Below are positions 14,690-29,111 of a stretch of 64,000 bases of DNA, one piece after another. How positions within the stretch are numbered: position 1 is the stretch's first letter; each line of letters begins with the position of its first letter. The position numbers were made by a program, and so were the translations under genes. The notes under the pieces were generated by a model. It searched no databases, had not been told where the DNA came from, and saw nothing but the letters and a program-made list of their open reading frames with translations. Source of the DNA: Adineta vaga (taxonomy: Eukaryota; Animalia; Rotifera); contig CP075496.1 of assembly GCA_021613535.1 (NCBI GenBank), forward strand, positions 14,632,001 through 14,696,000. The letters are read 5' to 3'.

Positions 14690-14835
14690 TGAATGAACGA
14701 ATTAAATATCAGTTCATTCAAAGGTCAAAATAAAAGAAAAACAAAAATTGAACCAATAAATATCATTTTTGAATTCGTGTTATTTTTTCTGTTAACACCC
14801 ACTGAGAGAGAAAGAAAGAAAGATTAACACATTCA
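14690..14835 (-). promoter_or_regulatory. Conserved Rb promoter block (copy 1), CCAAT box
   Basis: cagtgggtgttaac..aataacacgaa..atttattggttcaat..tgacctt..aatgaactgatatttaattcgttcatt is shared with copies 2 and 3. Confidence 0.55.
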
Positions 14836-15319
14836 TTTTCAATTAAATCATCCATATAGATAGAGATTATCAACACATGTATTTAGATTTAACATCTTGT
14901 CAAAACTTCATTTTTTATCTTTTTCAATAATTAAAAGATGTCACTAATATCAAGTTAATTGTGAAATAAAATCAATCATAAATATCGGCATAGCCACAGC
15001 CATCGATCCCCTTCGTTGGGTAAGGGTTAAAAATCAGTAATTTACAAGAAAGAAAAAGTTTTTCTGAGAGCATCACCTTGAAATATTAGTAAATTTGTCC
15101 AGCATTTCGAATTACTAATCTGACATACAAAATCAATATTAATTTCCTTTCTGTAGAGTTTAGGTTTTTCATTTTTGTCAAAATAATGATTAAAATTTTC
15201 AATGAAAATGAACTCATCGATTTATAGAAAACAATATACTTAGTTGTTACATAATAAAAAAAAGTTGGATTTTATAATTAAAAGTATCATAAACATGACA
15301 CTAAACTGTTCTCTATGGA

Positions 15320-15689
15320 AAATGATGAAATTCCGTAACACACAGTATTTTTAGTTATCTTATTTGAAGAGGATGTCTTACAGAAAAAATAAAACGATAT
15401 TCTAAGACCTTGTGAAAAACTGAACAATTGTTGTATAAAACGCTCGTCTATGAGAAGCTTAGCTTCGTAGAAAGATGCGAAAAATTTTGTCCATTTTTTG
15501 AAATTCCGTAACGAACGATATTTTTTAAATAACTTCACTATGGCTTATGATAACTCAGTGAAACTTTTAGCGTTAGTAGAACTAATTAATCTTCATATAT
15601 ACCCAAAATTTGAGAAAGATCTATCTTGTTATTGATGAGATATGTGTCTCACAAGTTGAAAAAATGAAATTCCGTAACGCTTGGCCGTG
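15320..15689. mobile_element. DNA transposon end fragment
   Basis: Three copies of gaaattccgtaac; ends ...gcttggccgtg (CAC-type terminus on the minus strand); other end not found. Confidence 0.45.
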
Positions 15690-15859
15690 TCGATATATAG
15701 TATTTTCATAGATGTAGAAATTTCTAGAAGATTTTCATATAGGATAATTTATTTTTGAAATTTAATTCTACTGATTAATCATTGATTCTCATACAAAAAA
15801 AATGATCATAAACATATTTGTCAATCTATATGAATTTCAAGATCTTAATCTAAAATATA

Positions 15860-16200
15860 ACAACAACAAATTGTTCATCAAGAATAAATAAATATATCTA
15901 CTCGATATAATATGATTATCAATTTAACTAATTTTCTCGTATATAAAAGATATTGTTCAATTAGTCTATTTACTAGATAAGTTCATATTATATATTATTC
16001 TTCTGTTCTATGATTGATATTGACAATGATCATTTGGAAAAACTTGTATTTGATAAATGTGATTCAATTAATCTAATTTTTGATTTTATTTATATTCCAT
16101 ATCGATCATTTATACAATGACTTTATTCTCATATTAATTAATTTTAAACATCTATTCAGATTTCAATATATCTTTTCCACTTATCATTAACTGTTTTGAT
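15860..16200 (+). pseudogene. Degraded 5' remnant of the F-box family
   Basis: tgttctatgattgatattgacaatgatcatttggaaaaactt.. encodes CSMIDIDNDHLEKLVFDKCDSI, matching the F-box genes at 31 and 38 kb. It contains stops and deletions. Confidence 0.7.
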
Positions 16201-17567
16201 AGAATATATTTTCGCGAAGACAAAGACGTAGATTTTATTTCGAAAATATGATCAGTATACTAATCGACGATCTTGCCCTATTCTTTCCAGGTTCTTGTTT
16301 TTCTTAGTTTTCATACAAGATTCTTGTGTTCAGACAAGATTCTTTACGACAGGAAAGTAAAAAGAATCTTACATGATTTTCAAGAATACAAGAATCTTGT
16401 CCGATTAATCAGATACGTAAGAATCAGGCAAGAATTATAAGAAGTTCAAGATAACGTTAATGTTCAGACAAGAATCTTTTTCTTTCCTTTCCAAAAGAAT
16501 CTTGACTGAAGTTCAAGATATAAAGAATCTTGTCTGAATATCCTGAAATATAAGAAACTGGAAAGATACACAAGATATTTTTATTTTCTTAGTTTTCAGA
16601 CAAGATTCTTGTAATGAGAAAGAAAGAAGAATCTGGCCAGCTTTTCAAGATCAACAGCACGTGATGTGATCTTTGTATAGAATATATATGTCTGTGTAAA
16701 TCGATAAATAAAACATTATTTGTTCGTAATCATTATTGGAGTGATTCAATAACATACGAGTTCATGTCCATTATTTACTTTCTTAAAACTTTCATTTAAT
16801 TCAAACGACATCTAGTAAGTTATTATTTTAATGGCAGATTGTAAAAGTTTACGTCTTAGCAAGAAAACAATGGAATACATAATATCCATTTTTCCATTGT
16901 TTTCGAAAAACAATTCTAATTGAACACATTTCGATATTTTTTGAATTCTTCGATCTCTTTTCTATTCTTTCTAGATTTTTTCAATATCGATAAAAGTATT
17001 TCATTTGATGGAAGAAGAAAACGGTGAATCGTTTGAAAATATATCGTTTGATAATACTCTTGGTATAGGTAAAATCTAATATCGATTCTATGTCCTTTTT
17101 TCTTCAATCACGTATCATTTTGTTTAGAACCATCACCACATACAGATAAACAACGTCGATGGCGTGCTAAGAAGAAAAATCAAAACCACCATGCTCAATT
17201 GTATTTACATCGTTTACCAGTTGGACAAATTGTATATGATTTATTTTATTATTACCACATTAAATTAGCAAATTTTAGTTTTTTTAGAATGATTATCATC
17301 GAATTTCACCTGATATTGAAGAAAATTGTGAAAATGTTCATGATATACTTATGGAAGATACTCTTGTTGATATCGCATGTGCTGGTGGTGCATTTAATGA
17401 TGATATTCTAGCTGATGAGTATGAACTTGATGACGACGAACATAACCATAGTTTTGATTTTAACTCGAATTCGGTTCAATCAAATGGTAAGATATAATAA
17501 TTTATTGTTTCATTTTTCACTTAAATATTAAAAAAAAAGTGATTGTAACTTCTTTTTCTTTTTAGAA

Positions 17568-19856
17568 ATGATTGTTCAACAAGATGAACTCTTATATCCT
17601 GGAGCACCTGTTACATTTAAATCTTATCATGCACAAATATTGGATTTTGGTAATTCAATGAAATTAAGTGATTCGAATATGAATAAACTATTGAACTTAA
17701 TTGGGAACGCATTACCGATCGATAATAAGTTAATACGATCCTATAAAAAGTTATTATCTGTCTTTGAAACGACGTCAACATTTACTCAAACTCTTAAATG
17801 CAAGTATTGTTTAGGAATAATTGATAAAACGAATTCTTGTTCCATTATTTGTAAACAAAACAAATGTGACCGGCGAGTCGATGATATTGTAGAACATGTA
17901 ATTGTTAATCGTTCATATGAACAATTGATTGAAGTTATTCATCGAAATATCCATTCAATATTGCATTATCCACAAGTTGTAAATAATCTATTTCCATGTG
18001 ATGTTATTTCTGGTTTAATTTATCAAGAGAAGGTCAAAAATTTGAAGTCATCAAATGGAACACATCCTATCACCTTAATGATACACATCGATGGTTTCCC
18101 ATTAGTTCATTGGACCAAGAAGCACACATGGTTAGTAACGGCATCAATAGCTGAAATTCCACCACCACTTAGAGAGAACAAATTAAACATGATTTTGCTG
18201 TCTTTATGGTACGTATGATTTTATTTTCAATTAAACCACTATTTCTCCACTCTCTCGAGTGTAGGATTTTTATATTTTCATCATATGTTTCGTTATTCTT
18301 GTGACAAACATGCTCGGACAAATATTAATTTAAAGTATGGTTTTTCTCATCTTTAGGAATAGCTCGCTGAAACCAGATGCAAATTCGTTACTACAAGATA
18401 TTTGTGATACAATTAAGCAAACGATCATTGTTGATAGTATCAAGTTTACAATTGATGTATTATTATTTAAAGCCGATTTACCAGCTCGTGCATTAGCTAC
18501 AAAACATGTCAACCATAATGGATATTATGCTTGTCTTGAATGTGACCAACAAGGAATTTGGTATGAAGAAGGTCGAATCGTTATATATCCATATATTCCA
18601 CATGAAATGAATAATCGTTCATCAACTCATTTTGATTCATGTGCTCAACAAGTTAATCAACAATTATCTCGTGATAATTACTGTGGTGTAAAGGTATTAG
18701 TCCACTGAGAAAAGTATTGGATATTCCGGATCAAATTGATATTGACATAATGCATTTATGTTTTATTGGACATTGTAATTTCTTATTATCCAAATGGGAA
18801 AAAATCATCGTTAAACACAGTTGGTCATCAGGTAATGATTTTTTAAAGAAAATAAAATGGCCTCACAATTTCAATGTTGAGTTGCATTCGTTGTCAGATA
18901 GAACGTATTGGAAGGCCCATGATTATCGTGCATTTTTCTTATATGTTATGTTTCCATTTGTTTTTTCTTTTTTTCCAGAGAATATTTCGTCGCATTTTTC
19001 CTTATATTTTGTTTTTCTTCGGACGTTGTATTTCTATCATGATCTTCAAGAAGTTCTTGAAGTCGAACCGTTGATTAAAATCTATTGTGAACATGCTCGA
19101 CATATTTATGGTAATGCTTTCTATCTATATTCGTCACATGCACATTTACATTTAGTAGAAAAGGTAATCAATCATGGCGCATTTTGTTTTCATAATTGTT
19201 TTCCTAACGAAAGTTTTGTACGATTTCTTCGATCTTTACGTTCAGGTAATAGATCGTTAGCACGCCAGATTTGTAGCTCACTAGAGAAGTTTCGCTGTAC
19301 ACTTAAGAAAGAAACATTATCTATTAGTAATATTTTTCTAGATGAGAAATTGATCATTGATAATTACCTAGATAGAGAGTATGTTTCGAATTATAGTTCG
19401 CAATTTTTTGATTCAGTGAAAAATATGATTACTTCATCGAATGAGCCTAGTTTACGCTTCTTTTGTCGAGCATGTAGAGGAATATCTGAATATCATTCCT
19501 TATCTTATAAACGACGTGGTAATACACAAAGTTTCATAGTATCATTTCATGACGATAGTAATAACAAATCTTTTGGGCAGATAGTTTTCTTCTTTGAATT
19601 ATTTGGTAAATCTTACGCCCTCTTGAACATGTACGATATTGTGAAAAATTATTTTTCTTTAAGTGATTATGTAAAAAAGTGGTCGTTTTCTCCTTCAGTA
19701 ATTAAGTTTCTTGATAAGTACTATAACAAATGTAATCTTTCTACGAAAAAGTTCATTTCTGTTCCTTTTTCTTCAGTACTACACAAGTGTATTGCTATAC
19801 AAATACGTGATTATATATTATTATCGGAAATTTTTTATGATTTAGACCAAGACTAA
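17568..19856 (+). pseudogene. CACTA/EnSpm-type DDE transposase, frameshifted
   Basis: Motifs LMIHIDG, FKADLPA, HNGYYACLEC, DIMHLCF, WKAHDYRAFFLY, HAHLHL and FPNES. Intron ~18209-18356. A 1-nt deletion at ~18690 breaks GVKGISPL. Further short upstream exons are likely from ~17130. Confidence 0.85.
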
Positions 19857-19954
19857 CTTGGTGATGTTGGTTTTTTTTGTCCTATTTGAAATATTGTTGA
19901 AATATCTTTTTTTGCTATGATTAATGTTTGACTTTTTTCAGATTTATTTCTATT

Positions 19955-21440
19955 ATGTATCAATATTTTTCGACGATCAATAATGCTGATGATACACAAC
20001 GAAATTTATCTCAAGAGTATGGACATTCCTCATATCACGAATTACAACCTGTACATTTGTCACCAGTTTCATATTCAGCTGATGATGTTAATTCTCGTAA
20101 GAAAATGTTTCCACAAGTGTTGTCAACGATATATGATTGTGAAATTATTTTCTGAAGTAAGCCATGCATTTTTCTTTTAGATGGTCCATTACTATCTACT
20201 CAACGTAATCCAACAGTTGATAATCATCGATCTTCTAATGATCCATCATCTACAAGAATCCATGCAAGTACAAATAATCAAAATAATTGTGCATCATCTG
20301 TTGTTGCTATAGGTAAGTAAAAATGTAGTATTTTCAAAATCAAAAATTTCATTTGTAGGTTCACCAGCTAAACGACGTCGAACATATCCTGCTCAATCCA
20401 ATCCACCTTTATCTGCTCCACCTGTTCGACGACGATTTGATTCTACTCTTCAAAATACAGCAGCATCGCTGATGGGTAAGCTTATATAATTTATTTGTAT
20501 ATATCAAACGTTTTTATCTTGATTTAAAATAATAGAAAATGTTGCTATTGGTATAAGTACGTCTTCTTCAAGAAGTACAGCTGCTGGTGTAAAATCGATT
20601 TCAGAAGCATCACAAAATGGTTATTAAAATTTAAATAGGATCTTTTTACATGATTATATTTACTATTTAAGTTTTAGGATTAACCCAAATCATCAAACCC
20701 ATTGTGAAATTATGTGAAGAAACAAATCAGTTAACAAAAGAAGTATTGAAAATATTAACTGAACAAACAAATTTAACTCGTGAATTAGCTAATTTTCCAC
20801 GTGAATTACAAAAAGCTACTCAACATTTATCTCATACGATACATTTGGTAATGATGAATATCAATTAAATCAATACCGATATTTTCTTATCCTTTTAGCA
20901 ATCAAAAGTACTACAAGCTCGACAACAAAGTGACGAAGAAAATCTTTCTATCGTAAGTACAAAAATCAAATCAGAGTATTCACGACTGTGTTAGTTCTGT
21001 TTTATAAAGAGAATTCTCAATCTCACAGAATAAAAATATTGTTCATCGATCTTTTTTTCTACTCAAAGGAATTGAATGGAATTGATGTGTCGCATGTTCA
21101 ACGTGGTGCATCATTAAATGCGACTGCTTGAGCTTTAGTACGCGCTGCATATGGTGACATGGCATCTTTTAACGATCTACAACCAGGTGAATTTGACATT
21201 TTATTAGGTAAGATACATTTCCAAATTTGGTTAATTTCAATATTTAGATTTTCTTTGTTTTTAAGGTTATTTAGCATACGTTCATGGACTTCATCCAGCA
21301 ACTGCCTTCGCAAATAGTCAAGCAATAAAAAATTCGTTACAGCAAATGAAACACGACAATAAAAAGCAAACACCAACTCAATCATCAAAGCGAAATTCAA
21401 CAGCAAATCAACAAATTCCCGACGTTCACAATGATGATAA
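19955..21440 (+). pseudogene. Second (accessory) multi-exon gene of the CACTA element
   Basis: Series of short GT-AG-bounded exons, Ser/Pro-rich then coiled-coil then helical (ALVRAAYGD..GYLAYVHG..AIKNSLQQ). In-frame TGA near 21129. Confidence 0.55.
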
Positions 21441-22210
21441 AATTTAAAAAAAGATTAGTATCTTCTTTATGTTGTTTTTTTGTACTAAAAACTGAAACCA
21501 CTTCATGAATGCGTGAAACTTAAAGTATTTTTTTGTCCTTTTACTTTTTTGTACGTGTTGTATAAAGCTTATAATAAAGCAATATGAAAGAAGTATTATT
21601 AAAGTAGGAAAAGCATTTTTAATATGACAAGAATCAGTCAAGAATCCTAAGAAATCAGAAACTGGCAAGAAAACTACAAAATAAGAATCAGACAAGAAAA
21701 TCAAGAAAAACAAGAATCAGGCAAGAAGTCAAGAAAAAAAAGAATCAGACAAGAAAGCAAGAAAGCAAGAATCTTGTCTGAAAAAATTTTCTTGCCTCAT
21801 CAGACAAGATTCGGTCTACAAGAACCGTACCAGAAAGGCAAGATCATATTTTTCAGGCAAGAATCTTGTACAGAAGGAATAGAAGAAGAATCTTGTCTGA
21901 AAGTCAAGAAAAACAAGAACCTGGAAAGAATAGGGCAAGATCGTCGATTAGTGTATGATATCTAAATTGTTTGTTTGTTTGTTTATTGTTTGGTTCGTCG
22001 ACATATTGGCGGTTGTTACTTGTTTGATGGATATGGATGACATACAACATATGAATAAAACTAATTAATTATTCTCTATTGTATTGTATAGAAACTTGAC
22101 AAATGTTAGGAGAATTTTTAGAATAGATTAGTGGTATTTCTGTGTTCATTTAATTCTCTACTGTTTTTTATTTACATATTACAGAAAAATTCAAAGAAAT
22201 TCTCTTTGAA

Positions 22211-22988
22211 TTGTCATCTTCAACTATAGTTAATCAAGATGTAGAGCGTCTCTTGAAGAACATTCAAAATAGTGATGATAATTATGAAGATTTTTTATGT
22301 GCTTTAGTTGAAAAAATTTATGCTTTAGTGTTTAAAGATGGAATAAAAGGTTCTGGCGAATTAAAATCTATAAAAACTCAAGAATTACTGAATGGTATTT
22401 TTGATGATTTTGATTGTTATCTACGAGAACTTATTGGTGAAAAGAACAAAGATTTAGTTGATTTCGATGATTTCAAAGTGAAAATTCGACAACTATTTAT
22501 TGGTCTTGAAAAAAAGATATCTTTATTAGAAAAAGAAAACGAGAAAATAGTATCGCGCTTGTTAGTATTAGAAGGTATAGAAACAAACGCTGTCAAAATG
22601 AATATGGGTAATTTAGCTTTACAATTAAGAAACAAGTTAATAAGATGTATGCAACCAAACTTATCACAACGTGCAGCCCGTGATGAATTTGTTTTATCAC
22701 CAGAATACCAAGACAAACATTCTATTATAAACAATCTCATTCAAAAATATGATCCTAATTTAACTATCTATGATTTATCAAGATCGATTCAAGCGTTAAA
22801 AAATCAGTGTGCTCAAATAGCACATGATCAAGTTCCAATGTCCGAAGCAGAAGCCGATTCTCTTTTGAACGATAGTTTATAAAAACAACTGATTCATATT
22901 TAGCTAATGAAACAAAAAAGGTCGTTTATTTCCTCAAAATATTCGCTGAACATATATGCGAACCATTAGTTGTTGATTTAAATTTATG
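22211..22988 (+). pseudogene. Coiled-coil hypothetical gene, copy B, frameshifted near the 3' end
   Basis: Paralog of 8811-9683. A 2-nt insertion at ~22873 (aacga[ta]gtttata) shifts the C-terminus EFIKTTDSYLANE..LKIFAE..EPLVVDL out of frame. Confidence 0.72.
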
Positions 22989-23436
22989 ACAACTTTTTTT
23001 AATAAGAACGTCTTTATCTTTTTTGTCTTCTTTTTTATACTGTTTCTCATCGTCAGACAAGACTTTTCTCAAATAAAAACCGTTATTTATTTCAACGATG
23101 AATCTTGCAGATATACAATTAAATTTATTCTTTATCAAGACAATCATTTAGAGAAAAAAAATGTTTTTTTTTCAATGTAAAAACAGATTCATTTTACAAA
23201 CTGTTCTTTTTATTTTATAATAGTCTGAAATTTTCTTGTTATTTTCATACAAAAAGAAAAAGAAGATATAAGCGACATCTTCTGTTATTTATTAAGATAA
23301 AAATGAGGGAAATATGATTGAAATGAATGGAAGATCTGTCAAGTATGAAAAATGAATAATACGTTTAGATAAAGATAAGAATAATTTCTTTTCGAATAAA
23401 AATGTGTTGATAATCGAATCAATATGGAAGATTAAA

Positions 23437-23582
23437 ATGTGTTAATCTTTCTCTCTCTCTCAGTGGGTGTTAACGAGAAAAATAACACGAAGAGAAAATG
23501 ATATTTATTGGTTCAATCTTTGTTTTCTTTATCTTTTTCATTGTCTGACCTTTAAATGAACTGATATTTAATTCGTTCATTT
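23437..23582 (+). promoter_or_regulatory. Conserved Rb promoter block (copy 2), CCAAT box
   Basis: Same motif series as upstream of copies 1 and 3. Confidence 0.55.
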
Positions 23583-23634
23583 TTAGAATAGATATTGTCA
23601 TAAAACACAAACAATATTCATCGATAAATTCAAA

Positions 23635-26630
23635 ATGGATTCATTATCTTCGATAAAGTAAGAATAATAACAAATGAAATTCTAAATTAATTCTCATTTT
23701 GATTTAGAAAAGAAGAAATGGAACCAATTTATAATAATTTATGTTTGGATTTAAATATGGATAATGAAACAAAAGAAGATGCTTGGATCAATTATAAAAA
23801 TCTATGTAAACATTATGTATTAGAAGGTGATCAAATTCATTGGTTAGCCATATCATTATATGTATCATGTCGAAAAAATAAATTTCTATTAAAAAATCAA
23901 AATAATCCAATATCAATAACACGTTTATTAAAAAGTTCAAATAATTTCAAGATTTTATCATTTTTTGATAAATTACATCAATGGGAAAATATGGGAAATT
24001 TACCAGAAAATTTAAGAAATCAAATCAATCAAGTTGAACATTCATTTCAAATTTCATCAATTATCTTTGAAAAATATTCACAAATCTTTCTTTTAATATT
24101 TAATGGAAATTTAGAAAAATTAAATTCATTTAATTATTTAAATGAAAGAGAAGTTTTACAAAAGAATCCGAAATTAAATTTAAAAACTAAAGATGATAAA
24201 TATTCAATCAATCATCTTTATTTAATTATTTGGACAATATATTCCTTATCAAAAACAATTTATCCCTCAACATTTAATGATTTAATTGCGTCATTTCATT
24301 TACTTATTGCTTCATTTGAATTTATTTATCAATTTATTAAAAAAACGAAATTTAATATATTTATTAAACAAAATCTTAATGAAGAAAGTTTAATTGATTA
24401 TTTATGTTCAAAATATTCTTGTTCTTCAGAAATGACACGAACAATTTATTATGAACATTTAAAAAATGATTTATTTCAATTAATTAATTTATCGGAAATG
24501 AATTTCTCGGAAATTATCGATTTAATTAATAAAAAATATGATGAAATTATTTTAACCAATTGTATTATTGATGAAAGAATTTTTTTAGAAAATAAAAATC
24601 AATTTTCCGATTTATTAAATTCTTTAAATGAAAATAAAAATTCCAAATTAAATCAAAATAAAACACCATTAACTGCCAATCAACATTTTATTCATTTAAA
24701 TCATCAACAACAACAAGATTTTAATCCAATGTTAACACCAATATCACAAGCAAATCAATTAATTCAAATTCTATTAAATATTATTCAAAATCAAACGAAT
24801 AAACCAAGTTTAAATCTTTCGAAAACTATTGGTGAACAACAATTTTTAGATGATTTAAATGAACGATTAAATGAATGGAAAAGATTATTTGTACAAAATT
24901 ATGAAAAAACTCAATTAATTGATAAAACATTTTCAAATCGTGGAAATTCATCGGAGAATTATTTTGATTTTTCATTAAAATTATTTTATTCAGCGTTAGA
25001 AAATATTTTAATTATCGAAAAGAAACGTTTAATATCATCAAATCAACAAAATATTCAACAAACATTTCAGTAATTTGTTTTTTCTCTTTTTTCAAATAAT
25101 TATTTCGCTTTTCTTTCTTTTAGTAAATTAATTTTAAATAATGAATTTCTTAAATCACTTCTTGGTTTATGTTTATTATTAGTTTTATATTCACATGGTG
25201 ATTCTTATCATGATTTTCAATGGATATTTCATCTTTATTCATTACAAGGTTATTCTTTCTTAAAAATTATACAAATTTATTTTAAAACAACAAAACAAAT
25301 CTTAAAATCACGTTTATTTATTAAATATTTATCATCAATTGAAGAAATTATTTTATCTTCATTAGCATTTCAATTAAATTCACATTTATGGAATGAAATT
25401 AAATCTAAAGGAATATTAACTTATCAACAAATTCAACAATTACAACAAAAATCATTATTAACAACACCAACGAATCTTTCAAATTTATTTCTTTATTCAC
25501 CAACACCTTCAACGAATGTGAAAAGAAAATTATTTGATTCAAATTCATCATCATCATCATCATTACCAATAATTCGAAGTCAATCTGATCCATTCGTTGA
25601 AAATGGAAATAAGATTCCACAAAAAGAATCTCCATATACAATGTTTTATCGAAAATATTATCAATTAGTATTTACAAGACTTGATTTATTATGTTCACGT
25701 TTATTTGGAATAAATTCAAATGAAATAAAAAAAATGATTTGGAATTTTTATTTATTTCTTTTTGAAAATTATACGGAAAGTTTATTTTGTCAAAGAGATT
25801 TAGATCAAATCTTATTATCATCGATTTATTATATAGTTAATCAAAAAAATGATTTATTTCATATGAAATTAACATGGATAACACTTCTTCAAGCTTATAA
25901 ATCAATTCCAAATTCGAATTTAAAAACAATTCGAAGTGTTTTTATTAAAAATCATTCATTGAATTCCAATTCAAATGAATTCATAAATGAAAAGAATTCT
26001 TTCAATGAAAATCCTTGTTTAACACCGTCAAAACCTGCGGGAACAATTCATTTATTTGATGAAAAATTCCTCGGTGATATTAATACATTTTATGATGAAA
26101 TCTTTATTAAAATGAATAATTTCGATGAATTTTTCTCGAAAAAAGATTTCTTTGATCTTCCAAATCAAATCAAATTAAATTCAAATCAAAATGAACAAAT
26201 TTCATTAAATATTGGTGAAAATTTATTTGTGAAATATTCTTCAACTTTTATTAAATCAAATTCATTTCATCAACAAAATCAAAGGAAATCAAATGATTTC
26301 AATTCAAATTCTACAACAAATGTTTTATCTTCATCAATTCAAGCAGGTGTTCATAATCGTGTGAAAACAATTCGAACTCGAACTGAAGATGGAAAATTCT
26401 TAACAACAATATCAACGGTACAAGAGAATTTCAATGATTGTAATGAAAATAATTCGAATAATGAAGAAAAAGAAAAAGAAAAACAACTTGTTTTTGGACA
26501 ATCATCAATTAATTCAATGAAGAGAAATTTTCAAGATTATTCCAATTCAAATTCTGATTGTTTAACAAGTTTAACAAAGAAAATTTTACAAATTGAAAAT
26601 GATCGACAATTAAATTTAACAAACAATTAG
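23635..26630 (+). CDS. Retinoblastoma-like pocket protein, copy 2 (~963 aa; exons 23635-23657, 23708-25069, 25124-26630)
   Basis: N-terminal LEGDQIHWLAISLYVSCR (p107/p130-like), pocket A, and pocket B RDLDQILLSSIY and GDINTFYDEIF; several S/T-P CDK sites; exon lengths sum to an intact frame. Confidence 0.92.
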
Positions 26631-26812
26631 TTCATTTTTTTTCAAAGAGAAAAAATTCGATTCGATATGATGTATTATTTACAAAAGATCTTCCTTTGTT
26701 TTTTTTTGTTCGATATTTAACTGAATTTGTTTTGCTTGTTGAAAATCTTAATTAGATTTTAATTTGAAATAAAAAGAGAAATGTTTTAATCTTTATTATT
26801 TCAATCTAAATA

Positions 26813-27576
<764 letters not shown>

Positions 27577-27945
27577 TGATGTATATTTATTAATTAAATA
27601 TATTTAAAAAAAGATAGTTACATATTATATTTTTAATTATTTATTTAGTGGCTTATCCAGCATTGTCGTATCTTGATTTTAGCGTATCAGATATGTCAGA
27701 TGTCGAAAGATACCAATCAGATGATATGAATATAGAGTAAATTCTTCGTAAAATTTCGTTTTATCTTCCCTCGTCGTTTCTCTCTCTGTTCGGTTCATTC
27801 ATATATGACTAGGTCTCTTCATTCAGTACATACCTCGGAATGATCTATCTACAAATTCTATTGCGCACTTTCTTAAGTTCTTTCTTATAGACATACATAT
27901 ATGTATATATATATGAATATGTTTATCAAATAAACATTTCTTCGG

Positions 27946-28620
27946 ATGGCTGCTTCTAGTAAGACTAAAACTTTTTAAAAGTTAATATCTCTATTTTATT
28001 TTGTATTATTAGATGATGATGGATCTCATACAAGTTGTGATATTAAAGAATCCCATGGTGAAATTGATCAAGATAAGGAGTTTGACAATTGCCTTGTCAA
28101 CATGAACCAGGTATATAAAGTATTTTGTTTTGCTGCATTACCATTTTCCTTATAGAATTGGGATTTATATAGCCAGCTGTTAACCATAACCGATCTCTTT
28201 GTTGACATGGATGAAACTAGCCGAGAATGTCTTTCTCGTACTTTCGATTGGGTAGAGTTTAATGATGGACAGATAATCATTCGAGAAGGTGATATACCAG
28301 ATGCATTTTTAATTATCGATAATGGTAAAACGAAATGTAATGTTTCTTCATACTAATGATAATCTTTAGGAATGGCATTTGTCTACGAAGTAACACAAAA
28401 CAACATGCTCCTTCCAAAACAAGTGCTGAAACGAGGTGATCATATTGGTTCAGTAGCTTTATACTCAGCTAAACACCATCAATTTACAGTTATATCAAGC
28501 GGTGCAGTTCGTTGTGCGAAAATGAATGCATTCATTTTTCAAAAAGAAGTTATACCGAGAATCGATTATATAAAACAAAAGATATTACAATATCAATCGA
28601 TCGTCAATCGTCTTGTTTAA
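27946..28620 (+). CDS. Stand-alone cyclic-nucleotide-binding domain protein 1 (~176 aa; exons 27946-27958, 28013-28110, 28156-28324, 28370-28620)
   Basis: The spliced frame gives VEFNDGQIIIREGDIPDAFLIIDNG..LKRGDHIGSVAL..TVISSGAVRCAKM, aligning to the CNB-B domain of PKA regulatory subunits. Confidence 0.82.
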
Positions 28621-29111
28621 AAAACAACGGAAAATCTACTAACATGGTGAACTGATGAAACTAAAAAAAGATTATCAACATTTTCCTTATCATGTTTTTT
28701 ACATCATTAAAATAAATATTTATCTTTCGATTCAAAGAAGATTTTTCTTCAGATTTGTTGACTAATGAGAAAAATTTTCAATAGATTGCAAAACTTATAT
28801 CGAAGTAAACAGTGATAAAACAAACACTATGAATAAAACTATTCGAATGACAAGAATTTTGCTTAAAACTATAGATCACTGAAGAGTTAGATAGGATTAT
28901 TATAACAACAACCATGAAAACAAATGACGATAGTATGTGTACTTGCTTAACTCTTTTTCATAGGAAAATTGTATTATCAATGTAGTGCTAAACAAAGCAT
29001 TATAGAAGATCAACATACGTTTACTTCCTATGATCATTGACTGTACGACGTGTAGTTAACTAATTTCTTGCTTTTAATATTCTTCGTTCGTATCACAAGC
29101 TATTATTACTA

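Larger units (their letters stand above)
16258..21953 (+). mobile_element. CACTA/EnSpm DNA transposon, ~5.7 kb, TA TSD
   Basis: TIR of ~48 bp: (t)actaatcgacgatcttgccctattctttccaggttcttgtttttctt and its reverse complement ending ...gattagtg (CACTA). Flanked by ta on both sides, with dense caagaatc/gattcttg subterminal repeats and an internal transposase. Confidence 0.92.

Noticed and set aside
8811-26630. Possible giant palindrome centred on the CACTA element
   Set aside because: Gene order is not mirror-symmetric (coiled-coil gene then Rb on both sides) and the copies are diverged.
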